Positions 19,853 through 27,999 of a DNA stretch of 64,000 nucleotides are shown in pieces; position 1 is the first letter of the stretch, and each line of letters begins with the position of its first letter. This DNA is from Phycisphaeraceae bacterium (GTDB lineage Bacteria > Planctomycetota > Phycisphaerae > Phycisphaerales > Phycisphaeraceae), in the NCBI GenBank assembly GCA_963674705.1, contig OY771506.1:3680001-3744000 (forward strand). The letters run 5' to 3'. Position numbers and translations under genes: made by a program. The notes below the pieces were generated by a model. That model was not told the origin of the DNA and ran no database searches. It was given only the letters and a program-made list of their open reading frames with translations.

Positions 19853-21289
19853 ATGACTTTAGGTTCATTGCTGACAATTATCGGCTTAGTATTGGCAATA
19901 TATTCATTAGCAAGCCCATCTCAACGCAAATCGATAAGTCTATTTGTTCCTCTATGGATTCCGTATACTGCTCTCGGTTTTTCTGGGGTACTGTTAATTG
20001 TGTTAGAACTACTGATTCAATGGGATATCAAATCACCTCTAAGTATATTTCTTCTAGGTACTACTGCATTCACAATTCCATTAGCTGCAATACTGTGGTC
20101 CTTACAGTTATGGCAAAAAGCGATCTTGACAAAGCATTCTGATGCGAAATTCAGAGATTTTATACATAGTTGCATACAAGATGATGCATATAGCGAAGCG
20201 GTTCGTATATTGGATAAGAATAAACAGGCATTGGCTGGAGTTCTCAAAAAGCAAACATTCGACTTAATATTCGATTCAAGATTTGTACGAGCGATGTCAA
20301 ATTCGCAAACGTGGATACACCTAGAACTATTGTCAGATTTTGCCTTATTAGATTCAATTCCAAATTATCACAGTGCGCTAGATAGAACAATTCGCGAGCT
20401 TGCTGTAGCGGAGGATTCCGTGCTTCGAAAAACAGCCATCATGAAAGAAGGGGGTGATGAAACTGTATACCTGAGTGAAAATGACAAGGAATTGATGGGT
20501 AAGACATTTCAGAATGCAAACTGGTATCACAAATGTCGTGCTGGATATCCTCTGGTTATAGTTGCATGGGAGAGAATTAGTTCTGGAATTATGGATGAGA
20601 CATATAATCAAGCTGATGCCCTCTATGGCTCTCGACAAGGAATAAGCACTAGATCTCGTTGCCCAGTATTCATCGCAATGAAAACGATTACACATGCATT
20701 AGAATATGCCATTGAGCAAAATACATGTGAAGAGAGAGATATTCATGAAGACTCTGTTAGTTTGTGGGATATTTTTAAAACGATCTGTGATCGAAGTGTA
20801 TATCAAAAAGAGACTTGGGATGAACCGTTTGGATTTGGCGATTATCCAACTCCGTATGGGTATTTATTAGCGGAAATCTTGTATGACTATAAACGTATAT
20901 GTGATTATGGTCTGAGACTGTGTAATTATGGAAATAAAAGACCAATAAGCTTGTTAGGTCCTGTTATTTATATGTGGGCGCACAGTGTTTTCTATATGTG
21001 TAAAAAATACGAGAGTACATCACAAGAATTGCGAAAAAATAGTGTTGTTAATCTCTTGGAAATGATTGTTGAGAGAAGGCAATTTGAAATTAACGTTGTT
21101 GAAAACAGAGAAGAGGCTGCCGCTTGGACGCGGTTATTTGTTGATAATACTGTTAATGCGATGAGTTCGATTGGCGATGAAATGCGTATATATTTGTCAA
21201 ATATAGTTGACAAAATGGACCCGGGTAAACCGCATATCTTGGCGAATCGTGAATGGTTGGTGGGAGAACTTGGTTTAAATAGCAAATAA
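19853..21289 (+). CDS. Low-GC hypothetical membrane protein (3 N-terminal TMs), probably horizontally acquired
   Basis: 478-aa ORF, AT-rich codons, AAAGG upstream; no recognised motif. Confidence 0.75.
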   Translation: MTLGSLLTIIGLVLAIYSLASPSQRKSISLFVPLWIPYTALGFSGVLLIVLELLIQWDIKSPLSIFLLGTTAFTIPLAAILWSLQLWQKAILTKHSDAKFRDFIHSCIQDDAYSEAVRILDKNKQALAGVLKKQTFDLIFDSRFVRAMSNSQTWIHLELLSDFALLDSIPNYHSALDRTIRELAVAEDSVLRKTAIMKEGGDETVYLSENDKELMGKTFQNANWYHKCRAGYPLVIVAWERISSGIMDETYNQADALYGSRQGISTRSRCPVFIAMKTITHALEYAIEQNTCEERDIHEDSVSLWDIFKTICDRSVYQKETWDEPFGFGDYPTPYGYLLAEILYDYKRICDYGLRLCNYGNKRPISLLGPVIYMWAHSVFYMCKKYESTSQELRKNSVVNLLEMIVERRQFEINVVENREEAAAWTRLFVDNTVNAMSSIGDEMRIYLSNIVDKMDPGKPHILANREWLVGELGLNSK

Positions 21290-21324
21290 CATGGGTAGCA
21301 AGTAGCATGGGTTCCCACTTCGTA

Positions 21325-21523
21325 GTAGGGTGCGGTTAAGCGCAGCGCAACCCACCACAGCCACACATTGACTCTATTGGTTTATCAAACCGACCACTTC
21401 AAACGATGGTCAACAATAAAACATCGATAGGATGCGGGCGCCCCGCGCATTTTGTCGATCGCTATACATCCAGTGGCGTACAGTTAACTATGGTGGGTTG
21501 CGCTTCGCTTAACCGCACCCTAC
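21325..21523. repeat. GTAG-type REP inverted pair
   Basis: GTAGGGTGCGGTTAAGCG.AGCGCAACCCACCA and its reverse complement about 130 bp downstream. Confidence 0.85.
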
Positions 21524-21548
21524 GATACTAAGTGATCCGGTGTTGGAC

Positions 21549-21710
21549 GTGGCGGGGGGTATAGCCGCGACCAGTGGTCGCGCTGTATTTTGTGCTGAGA
21601 TGCGGGGGCGCGACCGATGGTCGCGGCTATACAGGGGGAGTGATTGAATACGTAATCAATCCGGCCCTCACCCCGGCCCCCCCGGAAGTCTCCCGCGGGG
21701 AAAGGGGGAG
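21549..21710. repeat. Further REP-like hairpins
   Basis: TATAGCCGCGACCAGTGGTCGCG with an inverted copy; CCCTCACCCCGGCCC...GGGGAAAGGGG. Confidence 0.7.
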
Positions 21711-21712
21711 AT

Positions 21713-23011
21713 TTATGATTTATGAATGGTGGTTTGGCGGCGGAGGGTTAGTAACACTGCCGGGGATAGCAGGATGAGTGTGGTGGGTTCGGGGATGGTT
21801 GTCGAGCTTGCGGGGGTGTTGCTTCCGGGGGGGATACTTCCGGGGGTGGCGTTCCAGTTGTTTAAGATAACGTCGAGGTCGGTCAGGCCGACGTAGCCGT
21901 CGGCGGTGGGGTCGCCTTGGAGGATGTTGCCGGGGGTGACGGTGGTGTTCCAGTTGGCCAGGACGATGTCGAGGTCGTCGAGGCCGACGAAGCCGTCGAG
22001 GTTGAGATCGCCCGGGAGTGTGTAGAGGGTATCGAAGAGCGTGGCGGCGGCTTGCTTGGCGAGCATTTCGTGGGCGGCGGTGGTGGGGTGGACTTCGTCC
22101 CAGAAGAGGTATGTATCGGGGTCGATGCCGGTGAGGTTCATCGCGGGGGTGGTGACGTTGGTGAAGCCGTAGGCGGTGGGATTGCTGATGGCGCTACTGA
22201 TGAGGTTGGCGGCATCGATGCGAAAGAAGGTGGCTGATGCAAGCTGCGTTTCGAGTGAATCGAGCGAGCTGGACAGTACGTTATTGAACTGGGTGCTGCG
22301 TGCATCGAAGGTAGCTTCGCTGGAGGTGCCGTTGTAGCGCGGGGTCTGGCCCAGCAGCGGGAGGTTGACGACCATGAAGTTGCGAGCGCCGGCGTTGTAG
22401 AGTGAGTTGATGTCGGAGACGAGGTCGCCGACGATCGATGTAAAGTTGGTTTGGTTATCGAATAAATTGTTCGCGCCGCCCCAGAGAATGAAAAGCTCAT
22501 CGCCGACGGGGCCGCCGTCGTTGTTGAGGTAGTCGTCTACCTGTTCGTCGATGTCGTTGATGACCCAATGAGTAATATTGAAGGCACTGGCATGTGTGAA
22601 CGCGCCGCCGAAGGCGTAGTCTCTGCCGGAGCTGGTGTTGATGGTGTTGGCGGCGGGGGTGGGCAGTTGCAGTTCGTTTGCGAGGTATTCGACCCAGACC
22701 GGGCCGTTGGAGAATCGGCCGTCGTAGTAGTCGTCCGGGTCCATCGCGAGCGTGCCGAGCTGGTTGTAGGCATTGCCCATGTCCGAGAGGCTGTCGCCGA
22801 AGATGACGAGTTGGCTGAAGGGTTGGGCGGTGGCGGATTGTGTGGCGAGCGCGGCGAGTAAAACGAATGTGATAAAACGAAGCAGCACACTTTGTCGTGT
22901 TGCGATCAAAGTGTGGCACCCATCGTGAGTGTGGTATCTATCGCACCCATCGTGCGTGTGGTATCCATCGCACCCATCGGAAGTAGATTGCGTTGCCGGC
23001 TGTGTTGTCAT
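21713..23011 (-). CDS. SGNH/GDSL lipase-esterase with dockerin-like pair and PEP-CTERM
   Basis: FGDSLSD, GRFSNG, GGANN, FWDEVHPT; IPEPTT tail; AGGAGG RBS. Confidence 0.92.
   Translation of the reverse strand: MTTQPATQSTSDGCDGYHTHDGCDRYHTHDGCHTLIATRQSVLLRFITFVLLAALATQSATAQPFSQLVIFGDSLSDMGNAYNQLGTLAMDPDDYYDGRFSNGPVWVEYLANELQLPTPAANTINTSSGRDYAFGGAFTHASAFNITHWVINDIDEQVDDYLNNDGGPVGDELFILWGGANNLFDNQTNFTSIVGDLVSDINSLYNAGARNFMVVNLPLLGQTPRYNGTSSEATFDARSTQFNNVLSSSLDSLETQLASATFFRIDAANLISSAISNPTAYGFTNVTTPAMNLTGIDPDTYLFWDEVHPTTAAHEMLAKQAAATLFDTLYTLPGDLNLDGFVGLDDLDIVLANWNTTVTPGNILQGDPTADGYVGLTDLDVILNNWNATPGSIPPGSNTPASSTTIPEPTTLILLSPAVLLTLRRQTTIHKS
22886..22979. repeat. REP unit plus 27-bp tandem repeat (~2.4 copies) in the 5' end of the esterase gene
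   Basis: GCACCCATCGTG.GTGTGGTATC.ATC at 22916, 22943 and partial at 22970. Confidence 0.85.
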
Positions 23012-23042
23012 CCCATCCTCCTGACTTGCTGTTATGTACAGC

Positions 23043-24068
23043 TTAGCGTCGGCGGCGGGTGATTCCCAGCATAATCATGCAGACCGCGACAGAAGCGGAA
23101 GCGGGCTCGGGGACGAGGCTTTCGAGCGTGGGGGGTGTTCCCTGGTTCCAGTTGCCGAGGACGAGATCGAGGTCGTCGAGGCCGACGAACATGTCGCCGG
23201 TCGGGTCGGCCCGCGAGTCGACTATAGGGATCTGATAGTTCCAGTTGGCGAGGACGATGTCGAGGTCGTCGAGACCGACGAAGCCGTCGCCGGTGATGTC
23301 GCCGACGGAAGAGTCGCCCGGGAAGACGTACTGGTTCCAGTTAGCGAGGATGATGTCGAGATCGTCTAGGCCGACAAAGCCGTCGCTGGTGATGTCGCCG
23401 ATGTCGACGGGGTCGCCTGTGAAGATGGTTTTGTTCCAGTCGCCGAGGACGATATCGAGATCGGCCAGGCCGACGAAGCCGTCGGAGTCGAGGTCGCCAA
23501 CGATGGGTTCGCCGCCGCCTGTTTCGCGGAGGTCGAATTCACCAGCGACGATGCTGCCCTGGTAGGTGCGGTATCCGCTGGTGGAGGTGACCATCATGGT
23601 CCATGTGCCGTAGGCATCGTCGCTGAGCGTGAATCGGCCGATGGTAAACGTGCCGATGTTGTTTTGCCCGGCACTGAGCCATGTGATGTCGATGTGGTTT
23701 TCAGAAAATTCCTGCACATCGCCGCCGAGGTTGACAGCTTGGCCGGCGATCATGGGTTGCTGGCCGTTACCATCGAGATAGCTGTCGTATTCGAGCTCGG
23801 GAAACGTATCGAAGAGCAGGGGATTTGGCGCGAAGAAGCTGCCGTTGGGGTCCTGGTAGATGCTGCCGCTGGTGAGGGTGGCGAGAATCTGCGCGGTGCC
23901 CCAGGTATCCCCTGCGGTGGTGTTGATGTAGAGGTCCTGCGTGGTGTGGCTTTGAGCGAGCGCAAGTTCGCTATTGATTTCAACGTTCTCGAAGTAAGCT
24001 TGGAGCACAGCCAGCGCATTGGAAGCCGAGAGAGCCATCGCGATTATAAAACAGAGCGTCCGCGTCAT
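23043..24068 (-). CDS. Exported protein with four dockerin-like repeats and PEP-CTERM
   Basis: Signal peptide (ASNALA); beta-rich N-domain; 4x D.FVGL.DLD..L..WN; VPEPAS...RRRR. Confidence 0.88.
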   Translation of the reverse strand: MTRTLCFIIAMALSASNALAVLQAYFENVEINSELALAQSHTTQDLYINTTAGDTWGTAQILATLTSGSIYQDPNGSFFAPNPLLFDTFPELEYDSYLDGNGQQPMIAGQAVNLGGDVQEFSENHIDITWLSAGQNNIGTFTIGRFTLSDDAYGTWTMMVTSTSGYRTYQGSIVAGEFDLRETGGGEPIVGDLDSDGFVGLADLDIVLGDWNKTIFTGDPVDIGDITSDGFVGLDDLDIILANWNQYVFPGDSSVGDITGDGFVGLDDLDIVLANWNYQIPIVDSRADPTGDMFVGLDDLDLVLGNWNQGTPPTLESLVPEPASASVAVCMIMLGITRRRR

Positions 24069-24172
24069 GGTTGCGTCCTTCGGTGAAGCTTCGGTTGTCT
24101 CGTGTGTCGGTTCATTTTACCCCGACACGGTTGGTCACATCATTGTCATCGCACATGGATGATAGTGTATTG

Positions 24173-26140
24173 TCAGCGGCGTTTGCGTTGGTTCATGAGG
24201 GCGAGACCTGCAAGACTCAGCAGCGTCGCGGCCGCGGGTTCGGGCACGTTAGCCGAAGGCGGCGTGCCGTTGTTCCAGTTATTGAGGACGATGTCCAAGT
24301 CGTCGAGGCCGACAAAGCCGTCGCCCGAGGGGTCCCCGTCAGCGTCGCCGGGCGTGACGCTCTGGTTCCAGGCGTTGAGGACGATATCAAGATCATCGAG
24401 GCCGACGTAACCGTCGCCGTTCAAGTCGCCTTCGATCGCGCTACTAAGTACGGTGCCGATCAATTGCAGGGAAAGTTGCTGGCTTGCTTCGCCGAGTATG
24501 TCTTCATCGGAGAGTGTGATCGTGTAGGTCGCGCTGTAGGAACCGGCTGTGCTGGTGTCGAAGCTGGCTATGAAGCTGTTGGGAGAACCAGCGGCAAGAC
24601 CAGCGAAGCTGCCGAGGTTTGTCGTGAGGACATCAGTGTCAACACTGCCGAGGATGGCGTCGAGGTCCAGGTCGGCGGTGTAGCCGAGTGTTTGTTGAAG
24701 ATTGAAAATATCGAAGCCGACTTCAGCCACATCGCCGATGCTAACACTGCCGAAGTCAATCGTGAGCAGGTCCTGGTCGGTGCCTGAGGCAAAAGAGGCT
24801 TCGGCGTGGTCGAGGACATCGACATTAACCGTTTGGCCAAGGATACCGTCGGCAACGGATTGACTTGTACTAAGCGCCGCGAGGCCGCCGCTCACGCTGC
24901 CGGCAGTACTGGTATCAAACGAAACGGTATGCACATTCCCTGCCTGCAGCGCGTAAGCGATGCCCGACCCGGAGCCTGTGATGTCACCGCTTGTATAGAC
25001 CGTATAGTCCAGTTCATCCGCGCCGTTGGTGGTCTGTACCGGTGCGACATTGGAGACGGTGATATCGATGTCGAGTGTTGAGTTGACGATGACCGCAGAC
25101 GGAATCGAGGACACTTCGATGCCCATCTTGGCAGGCAGTTGATAGTCAACGACGACGGGCAGGTGGTCGCTGACATGTGCCAGCGCGTCCAGCACGCTTT
25201 GTGAAACCGGGTAGGTATTACTCCAATAGTTAACCGGCTGGTTGTAAGTCGTACCGTTGTTGCCGAAGGCATGGTAAGAGCCGGCGATGTAGCTCATGCC
25301 TTCGTTGTCGAGCAATTCACCGGTGACGAGTTGGAAGTCGAAGCGGTCGTCCATACCACCGGTGACCAGGCCGTCGCTGCCGTCGTGCGGGCTTTGCGTG
25401 TGTACGGCACGGTAGGTGTAATTGTTGTTCCAGTTGCCGGGTGTATTGATCGGATCGAACGCCTGGCCGTTGCCTGAGCTGAGCAGTGTCTGGTAAGCCG
25501 GCTCATTACTGGAATACATGTTGAAGTCGCCGGCGTAGATGATGCTTGCACCTTGACCGAGTGCATCGGCATCTGCACGGACGAAGGTTGCTTCGTAATC
25601 ACGCCTGTCTTCGTTGTCTGTGCCGGTGCTGGATTTGTAGTGATCGTTGTAGATGTAGAAGTCGGCGGAAGAATCGTATCCGACCGGTCGAAGCTGGAAG
25701 CGGGCGCTTTGGCGTGCGGCGTAGTTGCTGCCGGTGGTGCCGAATGCTTTTTCGTGGATAAGCTCAACGGTGTTGGTGTTGTAGATCAGGGTTTGGCGGA
25801 TGTTGTCGCTGTAGGTCGGCAGGGTGATGACGGTGCTGTGAGCGTAGGTGCCTTCGCCATAGAGATCATCAAGCAGTTCGACGAATGCCTGGGTGGTGGT
25901 GCTGGGGTCGTCCTGTTCCTGGAGGATGAGTACGTCAATGGGGCGAGATATCCCGTTGGTGACTTCGTCGCCGATCGCCTGAAGGACAAGGTCCATGCCG
26001 GTGCGTGGCAGGTAGTCATTTCCGCTGGGGAATGTTCCATTGGCGGTGTTGTAGTTGACGATGCGTAGCTGCGCAAAGCCTGCGTCTGCCATCGCTAAGA
26101 CGGACAGCACCGCCATGAACAACGAAATATATCGCTTCAT
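24173..26140 (-). CDS. Exported endonuclease/exonuclease/phosphatase (EEP) with Ig-like domains, dockerin-like pair and PEP-CTERM
   Basis: IVNYN, LILQE, H.KS, AGDFN, RFDF, SDHLPVV; VPEPAA...RKRR. Confidence 0.9.
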   Translation of the reverse strand: MKRYISLFMAVLSVLAMADAGFAQLRIVNYNTANGTFPSGNDYLPRTGMDLVLQAIGDEVTNGISRPIDVLILQEQDDPSTTTQAFVELLDDLYGEGTYAHSTVITLPTYSDNIRQTLIYNTNTVELIHEKAFGTTGSNYAARQSARFQLRPVGYDSSADFYIYNDHYKSSTGTDNEDRRDYEATFVRADADALGQGASIIYAGDFNMYSSNEPAYQTLLSSGNGQAFDPINTPGNWNNNYTYRAVHTQSPHDGSDGLVTGGMDDRFDFQLVTGELLDNEGMSYIAGSYHAFGNNGTTYNQPVNYWSNTYPVSQSVLDALAHVSDHLPVVVDYQLPAKMGIEVSSIPSAVIVNSTLDIDITVSNVAPVQTTNGADELDYTVYTSGDITGSGSGIAYALQAGNVHTVSFDTSTAGSVSGGLAALSTSQSVADGILGQTVNVDVLDHAEASFASGTDQDLLTIDFGSVSIGDVAEVGFDIFNLQQTLGYTADLDLDAILGSVDTDVLTTNLGSFAGLAAGSPNSFIASFDTSTAGSYSATYTITLSDEDILGEASQQLSLQLIGTVLSSAIEGDLNGDGYVGLDDLDIVLNAWNQSVTPGDADGDPSGDGFVGLDDLDIVLNNWNNGTPPSANVPEPAAATLLSLAGLALMNQRKRR

Positions 26141-26286
26141 GGTATAGTCCTTCTCCCGGAAGCCTGTGTGGGTACGGCAATTATAGCCTATGCCCGGGTA
26201 AATCGGGCGATCAGGTTGCCAATTTCATCGTATAAAATGCATACAGCTTGTACCGGTCAGGGGATACAGGCGGTTTGGAGGTACGA

Positions 26287-26652
26287 ATGTTCGATCAATT
26301 GAAGCAATTCAAGAACCTGGCGGGTCTGATGGGCAATTCGGGGGAATTACGTGAGAAGATGGAGAAGATGCAGGAGGAGATTGCCCGCCTGACCGCTGAG
26401 GCCGACGCGGGTGCCGGAGCGGTCCGTGTGGTGGTCAACGGCAAACTTCAGGTGCTGAACGTAAGTCTTGATCCTGTCATGATATCCGCCCTGACGGGAG
26501 AAGGAACGGACGCGGATCGGGAGATGATCGAGGAACTGATCGTCTCAGCGACCAACGAGGCCATGCGACGTGTGCAGGAGCTGGTGAAGGAAGAATTCTC
26601 GAAGATGTCAGGCCTGAACCTGCCAGGAATGGAAGGTCTGCTTGGCGGGTAA
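26287..26652 (+). CDS. ybaB: YbaB/EbfC nucleoid-associated protein
   Basis: AGAGAVRVVVNG, EELIVSATNEA, LPGM; GGAGG RBS. Confidence 0.92.
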   Translation: MFDQLKQFKNLAGLMGNSGELREKMEKMQEEIARLTAEADAGAGAVRVVVNGKLQVLNVSLDPVMISALTGEGTDADREMIEELIVSATNEAMRRVQELVKEEFSKMSGLNLPGMEGLLGG

Positions 26653-26654
26653 GA

Positions 26655-26780
26655 GATTTATGATTTGGGATTTATGATTTAGGATTTTAAATCCCACTTC
26701 CGGCAACTTCCACGCATACGCAGGACATTCTGCACTTGGATTGATTCACATCACCAATCATAAATCCCAAATCATAAATT
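26655..26780. repeat. GATTTAT/ATAAATC heptamer inverted-repeat element
   Basis: gatttat gatttgg gatttat gatttag ... aatcataaatcccaaatcataaat. Confidence 0.75.
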
Positions 26781-26900
26781 GAATAAACACCGAGCCGCGG
26801 AGGTCGTCAGGCCACCAGTTCAGTGTCTGAGTCATCTGACTTCACGTCAGTGAGGGCCGACTCGGTCCGCGGCTCGCAAGCGGGAGGGCGTGGATCATTT

Positions 26901-27206
26901 TTACATTGAAACAGGTACGGCTTGTTCCTCGTGTTGAATCATGACATCGGGATGCGGCGAGTCCGGCTCCGTGATGGACAGGCCGTAGGTGCCGCCATTG
27001 ATGAAGGTGTCACCTTCCGCAGTGAAGTAGGAGAACTGGTAGCTGCCGGGAATTAGAGGCAGGTCCAGCTCCCATTGGTCAGACCCTACGGGTGACATTG
27101 GCACCCATGCGGTACTGGCACTGTGGCACTTTTTAACCAGATAGACACGATCCGCATGTGGGCAACACACACGGAAGTGCCAATTCTGCTCAATGTTGTG
27201 ATTCAT
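26901..27206 (-). CDS. Small CBM48/AMPK-beta-like glycogen-binding domain protein
   Basis: F...P.A..VYL...W.PM.....W...L.L.PG.Y.F.Y pattern; GGAAGG RBS. Confidence 0.6.
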   Translation of the reverse strand: MNHNIEQNWHFRVCCPHADRVYLVKKCHSASTAWVPMSPVGSDQWELDLPLIPGSYQFSYFTAEGDTFINGGTYGLSITEPDSPHPDVMIQHEEQAVPVSM

Positions 27207-27435
27207 GGCTTTCACCTTCCTTGGTAGCAAGACTTCATGGCCTAAGTCTTGTACGTCAAGCCGTGACGTTTGTTCTACTATACCCGTTCAGATTTAAATA
27301 ACAATAGGAATAATAGGGGTTTTAGGGTAAACCCGGCGATCGATATGTTTTTGTTTTCTGTTCAGTGCAGCAGATACGGCAGGGCGCACGGGTGAACGGT
27401 ATTCACAATATGTGCATTCCAGCACACAAATCGTG

Positions 27436-27966
27436 TTACGAAGCGGATTTTTCATGGTGTATGCGAGCGATTACTGACTCGCTCGGACCCACTTTATCAG
27501 CATCCTGCATAGGCGGATGTTTTCCGTGTTGTTGCTGCTGCACTTCACGGTCATATGCATTTGGTGAGTACGGATGGCTTCGGGGCAACCTTCCGTAGCG
27601 GTAGCTCATTCGAGCATGCCAGAGGAAGCCGACCAGGCAGAGGTTATAGAGGCCGATGATCATGGCCAGACCGAGCAGGGCGAATTCCTTGGGTTGGGCG
27701 TCGAGCGAGTGGTGGAAGAAGAACAGATCGCCGATCGAGTGCAGCCAGTTCTCGAAGTTCTTTGAGCCGAGTGTGGCGGCAAAAGGCAGGCTCGTAAAAT
27801 CTTCCCGCCAGATGCGGGGCATATCGGGGATCAGCGCCCACAGGCCGCCCAGCGTCATGCCGACGGGGATAAAGCGCCAGCCGCGACGCAGGATCAAACA
27901 GGGGGCGATTGTCAGTGCGGCGCCGCCACACATGCCCATCGCAAAATGCATTGAAGTCCATGCCAT
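27436..27966 (-). CDS. Membrane protein, YdjM-like metal-dependent hydrolase family (tentative)
   Basis: N-terminal H (SMH), A.IPD.P, FFFHH; three TMs. Confidence 0.5.
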   Translation of the reverse strand: MAWTSMHFAMGMCGGAALTIAPCLILRRGWRFIPVGMTLGGLWALIPDMPRIWREDFTSLPFAATLGSKNFENWLHSIGDLFFFHHSLDAQPKEFALLGLAMIIGLYNLCLVGFLWHARMSYRYGRLPRSHPYSPNAYDREVQQQQHGKHPPMQDADKVGPSESVIARIHHEKSAS

Positions 27967-27999
27967 GGAAAAACTCTTTCTCTCGATCTCCAATAAGAA

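Noticed and set aside
22916..22979. 27-bp repeats as a CRISPR array
   Set aside because: The units are directly tandem with no spacers, there are fewer than three copies, and no cas genes are present.
8799..24430. Similar dockerin-coding DNA segments as DGR template/variable repeats
   Set aside because: There is no reverse transcriptase in the window, all copies are coding, and the differences are not confined to adenines.
26791..26876. Hammerhead ribozyme (CTGACGA on the minus strand)
   Set aside because: No correctly placed GAAA or stem II follows the motif.
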